From: Tubiluchus corallicola
Taxonomy: Eukaryota > Animalia > Priapulida
NCBI GenBank assembly: GCA_030141605.1
Contig: JAQGDQ010000008.1
Span: forward strand, 1,054,001-1,118,000
Direction: 5' to 3'
Length of the DNA stretch: 64,000 nucleotides
A program made the position numbers and the translations under genes. Of this stretch, positions 55,301-64,000 are shown one piece after another (the first letter of the stretch is position 1; every line of letters begins with the position of its first letter). The notes below the pieces were generated by a model that worked only from the letters and a program-made list of their open reading frames with translations, ran no database searches and had not been told where the DNA came from.

Positions 55301-58300
55301 TTATAATGCACGTCGTTCACAATAGATTTGGCTGATTTTTCATCTAGGTATTTTTCCAGACGACATTGTCCTTTACTTGAGGCACGCCGCAGTATTAACC
55401 ATCGCCGTTGCCACACCTGAAATTGTTATCAACAATTTTTAATGTTAATTAATCGAAATGTACAACGGTTGTATATAGAATAATTGTCTTCAGTTATGGG
55501 TGTTATTAGTTTACGGAATGTCGCTAATAAAGGTATAAATTTGATGAACTTAATAAAAAACCTACCTGGCGGATATTGAAAAATTTAAACTTACATAATA
55601 CAATTACATTGAATTTATCAAACGGTATTTTGAACGGAAATTATAAGCTAATAATATTCGTTTCAATCAAATCAATTACAAAAATTAATCAAAATTTTTA
55701 TTATAAAAGCCAACGCACGAAATAGTACGAGTTACTCGAGGTAAAATATTCCATAACTCGTAATAGGGCAAAAACAGATTATCCAACGAAACTGCTTCTC
55801 TACTAAACTGGTACAGGTATTGATTTCATTCTATGTACATTTTTCATAAGAAATCTGGAAGTTCTTTGACCGCATTTGATGTATAAATACCTCGTGGCCA
55901 AACCAGACAATCGCATTACATCACCTATAGGCTACAAAATATAAAATTAATGTATATTATTTCTTTATTAACATTCAAGGAGAGTGCATCTACATGTCCT
56001 TTAATGTGAATTTAAGTGAGAAGATATCACTGTTGTCCTCATTTCTCGGCAATGGTTTGTAAGCAGGTTAAAGGTGTATGGAATTCGTAATTTAGGACAG
56101 TTACTTAACTAGACTAAACAGTAGACGATTTAATTTTCTCAGACGCTTTAAAACCACTATTAAAAATTATTTCTTCTTTGAATGCGTAAACGCCTAATGC
56201 CATTATTATTCTCTTCGCTGTGGTCTAATTATTATGACATATGCTGCGTTAATAACACACATTAACAGTGAATACATTTTAGTCCTGCATTTTACTACAT
56301 TTATCAAGCTATCATCAGCATTTTTGTCTGAAAGACGCGCTGATTGCAAAGTTGCATTGCCCTTCTTATTTCTCTTAATTCTTTCTTGAAGACGCTCAAA
56401 GAAAAGAAATAATAACTGTTCCAGATTACTTAAGTCAACCGTACACTTGACTCAGTATCTTACCTTTCATCTAAAGACTGTGAAACTCAGCTGTTCTACT
56501 TTTTCAACAATTACTTGGCGGTCGGATCAACGAATAAAAGTCAATTAGCAGGTGTAGAAAAAGGTGTGTACGTTGCGGAACTTTGGTGGACTCAATAGCC
56601 GAGAAATGAAACTAAAGTCATAAAGCGGTTTACAATGAAAGGGTCCGACCGCAGAAAACATTGCATAGTTTAGTACAGGGAAGATAATTTATAGAATTTA
56701 ACACTTTCTCTTACGAGAATTTTATTGTTTTATAATCATAGCTTGTCGCAGACGTGCCAAGAATGAAAATAATCGCCTTTTCAAAATGGAAGCGTTGTCA
56801 ACACGGTAGTTAATGAGATGTTTCATTTTATCTTTAATTTCGTCAACGCCTCTAGCTATAATATGCCATCATTGCACGTTTTCGTCACTTTATGGAAATT
56901 CTGATGACTATGTTAGCCCCTATAGACCACATGGCAAAACGCAGTTATAAGTCAGTTAAAACTACAGAATGTCTTTGATTTTGCAACTTGGCCTGAATCA
57001 AAATGCAATTATTCTATTCAATTTTTGTTCTGTTGTTCTGTCCTGTCCTGTCTTCTCCTCTCCTATCTCTGCTCTCCTCTTTTCTCCTGTCCCTTATTGG
57101 CATCGTAGTAACTTAGGACAAAACGTAATACAAAATGTAAGACCGAAAAAAGCTTTTAGCTCTAGAATTTAAGCACCATTGATAGCATGTCAGTGCAACA
57201 TTGTTTAGGCGTTTCGTGTTGGCACTGCTGGTCCAATTCTTATACCATTTCTTATTTAGACCGTGACCTCTTGAACATCAATTAGATCTAATACGCTTTT
57301 AGCTTTAATCCATTATTATACTTTACGGATTAAATTAACAGGTTACAGTTTACCAATAACGCTTAAACAAAACTATTAGTTTGTAATCATTGCTGTTACA
57401 GGTTTACATAATATGAAGGTGCTAGAGGGGAAGCGAGGGGGGGGCGTATAAAACATTTTACCCCTACATAAGATAGCAGGCAGTTTTTGCATAAATTCAT
57501 TAAATAAATGAATGAATTTTTGTGCTTTACAGCAGTTTCTGAAATGTATCCAAAGAAATACAGTGTCCACATTAACTATCAAAAATTTTAATGCCAATTA
57601 GACCTAAACGCCTATTATCAATTGACAACTTGCAATATATCGGACATTACAAAATTAGAACTATTCTTGAAACTATGATTTTGTCAATAGATAGGCACTA
57701 ATTTTATTCAGAAACTAGCAGAAAATGGATTTATCTGTCAAAATACAGTGGCGGCATTCACGTTGTTAAACTTTTTTATTTTAACTGAGAAAATCTTTAA
57801 AAAATTTACGTATTTACTTTAACCGAGGAAAATCTTTGAAAGACTTCAAACACCTGGGCATCAACAGAAGTGTTACTATAAAAATCCTCTTTCTGTCGAC
57901 TGAATGAAACGAGTGCCACTTGGGCTGGTCTCTTTTTACAAAACAAATTTCCACTAATAGTCATTCCACGCTAACACCAAACAGTTGCTAATTTAAGTGG
58001 CGTCAACTGTTCCTTGCATTTATGCCAGTATTAGCAAAGCTGCTAATAACTTTAAATTTGCTGATTGCCTCTAAGAGGAGATCTAATTTTGTAATAAAAA
58101 ATTTAATGATAGTGTCGGGCACAAGCTATTCTTCCGCATGCAGATGAGCAACGTGGAGTCAGTTACTGATCTAATTACAAGGCGCAAGCAATGCAAAATC
58201 TCCATTACAGAACTTATTTTATTAAATATGATTCAAAGAAACATTTAATGACTGTAAGATCTGTGTATGCGCACGCACAAATAAAAATTAAAAAAATGAA

Positions 58301-60868
58301 GTAGCGTGTTTCCAAATCAACATAAAATATTCAATCGATTCTTTCTACGTTTAGAATTTATCGATGACTCGTGTGCCTACAGGGCCAACTGTCCTGACAG
58401 CAGCGGCCGAGTATTTCATACATTTGTCCCAAATGTCCCGATAAGTTCAAGAATAGCTCAGCATTGAAAATGGCTGAAAGACAAAACAGAGGTCGACATT
58501 ATTGACTGTAAACAGAGAAAAGCGTATAATGCAAAAGCCTTTTATACGATAGTTGTCCCATATTAATGTTAATTAATGGTTTATGGGTCGATTTTATAAA
58601 AACAACAGGTAATGGATAAAATAAGAATGAAAAACGATGATTCACTCCACTGTCGAATACTACCTGTTGAAAATATAATAAAATGATACACAAAATTTAA
58701 GCATCCAGCGTTTGGCATCTGGCTGCTAGTGTCTGGGGTTCAGCGTCCACTAGGCGATGTACCAAACAGTCTGGCGTCCAACGTCCGCGTTTTGTTTGCG
58801 TTTTCGTTTTAATTTGGATGAACACTACATAACCATAAGTATAAAAGAGACATGATTATCAAACAAAAAACTGATAATGAAAATAGAATTTTTCCTACAA
58901 TAGTGATACGTAATACATTTGTTTGTGTCAGCATAATAAAGAAACAATGGCAATTTGCGAAGGTGACGTCGTCGTAGGTTGAGTTACCATTAGATTTTCA
59001 CTCATTGACAATATACACATTCTATTTCTTGCTTCCAGACGCTGAAATAGTGTATCATAAACTTAACGCATTTGGGGTAAAGACTAGTAGTAAACAGTCT
59101 TACTTGGCAACGAAATCATTTTTGGTGCTATTGTGATGCAAAAATCATGCAGCCTTCGTGACACAATAGACAACAGCTCAAAATACTGTTATTAAAAAAA
59201 CTTTTTAAAAAGATTTGGACTACCTTTGCGTGGACAAAAAATCTTCAGAGTTGAACGTCCACAGAGAATCCGTTATGTGTAGCGGATATTACATTCTCTG
59301 ATGTCACACGAATTCTCTGTCTTTTAGCCAGGGCCTATTTCAGCCTAAGCGAGGCCCGTGGCAGTGAGGCGTGTGAGGCCTCCTCGGGGGGGCGGGCGCC
59401 ACCATGGTTGGCGCCCAGAAAGTTTTTGAACTGCTAGAACGCCGGAGAAGCATTTTCGAAGAGAAAATATGGAGTTATACAGTTATACACCCCTGGAGGG
59501 TGAGGCCCCGGGGAAGTATCCCCCACCCGCCGAAATAGGCCCTGCTTTTAGCATAATAATCAATAAGAAAAAATCGCAATTTAATTAATGCTTATCTCTC
59601 ACCTCCTTTCACTTTTAACAAGAAAGCTTTTAACTGGGCGGCGGGTTCAAATTATTTTATTGGCGAATATCGTGGCTATTGTCATGGTTTGTGTGCACAG
59701 CAATTTTCAGACTGGAATCGTAATCGAAAGTGAGTAGTAATAAATAAATTTGATAATTGCACAAACACCAGCAGAACCAGCAACTGTGACGCTATTGTTT
59801 TAGATTAAACACTTTGCAATTGCCTAAAATGATCAGCAAATATAACCTTGGCAATTACTTTAAATGTTTTATTGACGTTACCTTGGCAAATGTATTTGCC
59901 GCTTAATCTAGGCCAGAAGCTAGCCAAGTACTTATAAAGATTTGTATTTATCTTTTATAATGCAACTGTATTATATAAATCTGTCATGCCTATAAGCTAT
60001 GAAAGTTTTTTTATGCTTTATATGTAAAAGTATGCCTTGTTCAAATCTTTACAATGTTCATCAGTTTATTTGTTTGATGGTATGCTTGACGTTCACTTAT
60101 TTGTTTGCTCGTACTTGGCTTGCTAGTTCGCTTATTCATTCATTTATTAATTCATTCATTCAGTCAGTCAGTCAATCAGTTATTCTTTAGATTTTTCACA
60201 CAGTTACTTATTTGTTAATAGAAGTGTTTATTCTATAATTTCTTCATTCGTTCGTTCTCATTCGTACTTTTTCGTTTATGCGCTCATTTGGAATGCTTTA
60301 CGACTATTAATCTGAGAAAATTGGTTTTCAGTTAACATAACAAATGTAAATGCTGTTTTCAAATGCTAACTATTATATTTCGTTTAATTAGTTTACTGAC
60401 GCACCGTCATAAACCAGCAGTCATCACCAAAGTAATTACATAATTTATCTAACAGCCGGTCAGTCTTCCTATAAATGACTTGATTTTCCCGGACCTTAAC
60501 AACTTACAATAGTTATGCGTCTTTATGTATTTTTCAACACAACAAATAAAAATAGAGAAGAAATAAAAAACTGGTGCTGTGAGGTTCCCAAAATATGAGA
60601 GAAATATAAAAATCGCAATTGGCATTATACATTGATATGACATTCTTTTGTGTAACATTCTTCTTCTTAAAAAATAGAGCAAAATTTTCGCCATTTCGTG
60701 TTAATATTCGCACACTTTAAACTGCTGACAACTAGGTAATCGGGGTAATGTCTTACATAACAACATACCTTAGGCAAAATGCATAGAAAAAAAAAGACTT
60801 ACACCAAGTTTTTTACTTTTGATTCTCACATATCCCTGTTTAGCAATATCGCTGAATTGTGCTTCCAT
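51188..60868 (-). CDS. DOK: Docking protein DOK4/5/6 orthologue (PH + IRS-type PTB), 7 exons, 345 aa
   Basis: Exons 60803-60868, 55182-55416, 54553-54633, 52866-53055, 52075-52213, 51767-51827 and 51188-51453 total 1038 nt in frame. [42 protein letters not shown] is the PH domain. [51 protein letters not shown] is the PTB domain. The last two exons rest on splice sites and frame only. Confidence 0.9.
52244..52297. repeat. (CT)n microsatellite
   Basis: Directly visible. Confidence 0.98.
59329..59544. mobile_element. hAT MITE, 216 bp
   Basis: 16-bp TIRs cagggcctatttcagc/gccgaaataggccctg with one mismatch, a perfect 8-bp TSD cttttagc on both sides, and gaggcc subterminal motifs. Confidence 0.92.
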
Positions 60869-61766
60869 TTTCTTTCCACTGTAAAATTTTCTCGGTAGTT
60901 TTAACACAGACTTTGATTTGCACAAGTGTTTTTATGAACTCATGGAAGCTCACCGTTCTATGAAATAACTGGAAAGGTGCTTGCTTTTAATTTTTAATAC
61001 GCTTGTTCATTTCTTCCACTACACTTGTCTTTCTTTTCACGCTCTGCTTAGATAATGAAGTTAATAGTTTCACTTTTAAAATGTCAAAAAAGAACTCAGC
61101 TCAGATTTTCACAAATTCACCATAAATTTTACGTCTTATTTTAATAAACGAAATAGAAATTTGATCAATTCCGTTGCACTGCTTTGGTGGCCATATCAAG
61201 GTACGTTCACAATGCTGCGCTCGTCTAAATCATTTATTATAATAGTTATCACGATCTAGTTTAATATCCGATTAAACTGCCACCTTGTCAGCGACGCATA
61301 ATAAAACAGACATGTTTATAATAAATTTAGGTTATTAACTTGTTGCTGCAAGATAAAAACCTTCTTCCTAGTTGTTAGCTATGAGCGGTTGATGGATAAG
61401 CAGAAGAGTTCAACATAACAAGGTTTATATACTTCACTGACATGGGCGAGTAATTGCTTGCACGTATGACCAGTCAAACGTTGCATACATAATTAACTTG
61501 GAGGGTGAAACTTTTGCTTTGTCAGCGTGTTTTGTAGAAAAAACAATATATTAAAATGTCGACAATACGCTGAATGTAGTAGTAAAAATAAACAATTTAT
61601 TCCAAAGACAAAGACCTTATTTACAGTCGCTGTGAGAACATTTAATGTACAGGCCTATTATTGCTGGATAAATAATATAATCGTATACTATACTTGCGTC
61701 AGCTATATTACACCAATATTATTAACAGTAAAACCGACTTTAACTATTATCGATGAAATGAGACAA

Positions 61767-61858
<92 letters not shown>

Positions 61859-61908
61859 TAATAATAATGATTGATGATGATGAGGAGGAGGAGGAGGAGG
61901 AGAAGGAG
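61767..61908. repeat. (AAT)n microsatellite followed by (GAT)/(GAG) repeats
   Basis: Directly visible. Confidence 0.98.
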
Positions 61909-62900
61909 ATAATTATTATCATATTAATTCAGTCCATTCAATTCACATTATAAAATTATATTGTCATTAAATAATTATCACAGACTTACTGCAAATAATA
62001 CTTCATTCCTTTGCTTTGATTTATAATAGCTCTATCTATGCCTATTTTAATGATATTACGACTATTATTATTTTTTGATAGTGGCGTTCGCGGGTATTTG
62101 TGTTAACAGAATTACAGAAATCTTGACTAAAATCTTGACCAGTGCAGGCCTAACACGTGACTAGGGAGAAAAAAATAAAATCGAGTTATGCGATTTCTTT
62201 GTGAATGCGGTATACAACTCTTCACAGTTCTCGTGTACTTAGAAAAACAGATTTACACTTGAAAATTTCACTCGTTATTACGACGCTTACAATAACCACA
62301 TAAACAACAATTTGCTGGAATTAGGCAGCGTGTTTTCATTGCATAAGTAAACCTAGAACTGGATTTACAGTTCAGTGGCAGTGGCACCAGTATTTAACTG
62401 CAAAGGTAAACATTCACATTAGCGAATGATCCAACAGAGGTAATAACTACTGACATAATGAGCTAAAAGAATGTGAAAAAGCTATACCTTCCCTATGATA
62501 AGCTTGTAAACACGTTTTGTATTCCTGAAAGCCCAATCTGAAGATAGAAAGATAAGATAGACAGTTTAAAAAAATAATGGTAATTTGTATTATTTGTTAT
62601 TTGTAATACACGATAGTAATTCATACTACATACATCAATGGTGTTGCAGTAAGGCCAGATATGTACGTAGTAAATAGAGGGGTGACCAGCGACCACTTGC
62701 TTATGGACTGTTTCAACTATCATGCTGCCCTCAGCTATCTGTTTTTGCTGAGGGAAAGTGCATGTATGATGTACATCCTAGATTAACGTCGCTGTGGCAC
62801 CTCTGTCGATTCAAGTTACGCGACTGGCTTTTATTGTAGCATACTTTGTATCAATTTGATCGTTAAACGAGTCATTTGGTTTTTTCAACTTAGGCCTTTT

Positions 62901-63003
62901 GACAATGATGATGATGATGACGACGACGATAATGACGCTGATGGCGATGACGATGACGATCATGATGGTAATGATGATTACAATCATTGTGACGACGACA
63001 ACC
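62901..63003. repeat. Degenerate (GAT/GAC)n microsatellite
   Basis: Directly visible. Confidence 0.9.
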
Positions 63004-63783
63004 ACAGCATGCCTGTCACCTGTGGGTTTACCAACAACAAATTAAATTTTGTATTGTAGTTTCAAGTTTCAGGTGATGAACAGACTTTATTACTCTTACA
63101 TTTTTTTACACATTTCAGCACTCACGGCAATGTGTAATCAATAGGATGACTGTGGTGGGACTGGAGCCTTTCAATATGAAAAGGGTGCCTTAAAGATGAC
63201 ATACTGGCCCCTCAGCCACTTTAGCTGTGATAACGTCATCCTTATGCAAGGTGGTAAATGAAATCGCCCACTGTGGGCATTTAACCTAGTGAAATGAGAG
63301 ATTCTTTAAATTTTCTCTATATGCTTGAAAAACAAAAAAAATCGTTAAGAATTCAATACCAATTCTACGCTAACTGGGCACCAGCCAACCTTGTAGGCAG
63401 TTTACTGGCTGATTGCACAACAAATATTATTTTGTTTATCTAAGTTCATTAAAGCACTGTCATCGAACTTGAAAGAGCAACACATCCTGTAACAAGGAAT
63501 CAGAACAAATGGGGAGAGCCAGCGTTCCATGAAACAGATAGAAAGTTTATAATAAACAGATATTAAACTCTTCTCTTCAAAAGAGGCATAAATTGAAAGC
63601 GCTTTGCACTGAACGATGACCTCTTTTCGTTAATTTAGCCCCGAAGCTTTAAACGAAAGTTGCGGTAGGCCTGTTGTGACACTTTTGTTCCCAACAGGTG
63701 TGAGTATCTTTGTAAAACGCATTTTGTTTGAAAAATTGCGAGAATATCCTAAAGACAAGACGTTAAGTGTGAGCTACTTTACA

Positions 63784-64000
63784 GGGCGTCCGGTTTTTTG
63801 GCACAGATGTTTTGACACAGGCAATTTGGTCACATACAGTTAAACACAGGCGAATTTTGACACATGTTTATTTCGCCAAAATTTTCTTTGGGCACAGTTA
63901 AATTTAGACAGATGAACTATTGGATACAGACCAGTTTAGACAGAAAAATTGTTTGGCACAGGTATCGTTCTTCACAGAAACTGCTCGACACAAGCCACTT
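63784..64000. repeat. Degenerate ~15-16-bp periodic array, probably the arm of a foldback/MULE-type element, cut by the window edge
   Basis: The motif ttNgRcacag recurs near 63800, 63814, 63829, 63843, 63859, 63891, 63906, 63923, 63938, 63955, 63972 and 63987. Confidence 0.55.

Noticed and set aside
61527-61922. Poly-Asn and poly-Ile ORFs
   Set aside because: These are artefacts of the (AAT)n microsatellite.
62811-63059. Poly-Asp and hydrophobic ORFs
   Set aside because: These are artefacts of the (GAT/GAC)n repeat.

Overview
AT-rich, intron-rich eukaryotic DNA, most likely from an invertebrate bilaterian (inferred from gene content, CR1/L2 LINEs and a U12 intron; the taxon cannot be fixed). 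By manual splicing I reconstruct four genes whose exon phases close without stops. These are the 3' part of RPUSD2 (+, 372-4029), dynein-1 light intermediate chain DYNC1LI (-, 8524-23502, 12 exons, 454 aa), ZNRF1/2 E3 ligase (+, 27047-43951, 228 aa) and a DOK4/5/6 adaptor (-, 51188-60868, 345 aa). Introns and spacers hold L2/CR1 fragments, Tigger/pogo derivatives, hAT MITEs, probable Helitron and Penelope remnants, and tandem repeats. The best signals are a U12-type intron in DYNC1LI holding a nested MITE whose empty site is also in the window, a LIR-like acidic tail on DOK, a 24-bp hairpin downstream of ZNRF, and DYNC1LI-ZNRF-DOK linkage. I found no CRISPR, rRNA or intact tRNA gene, and no convincing new multi-gene system.
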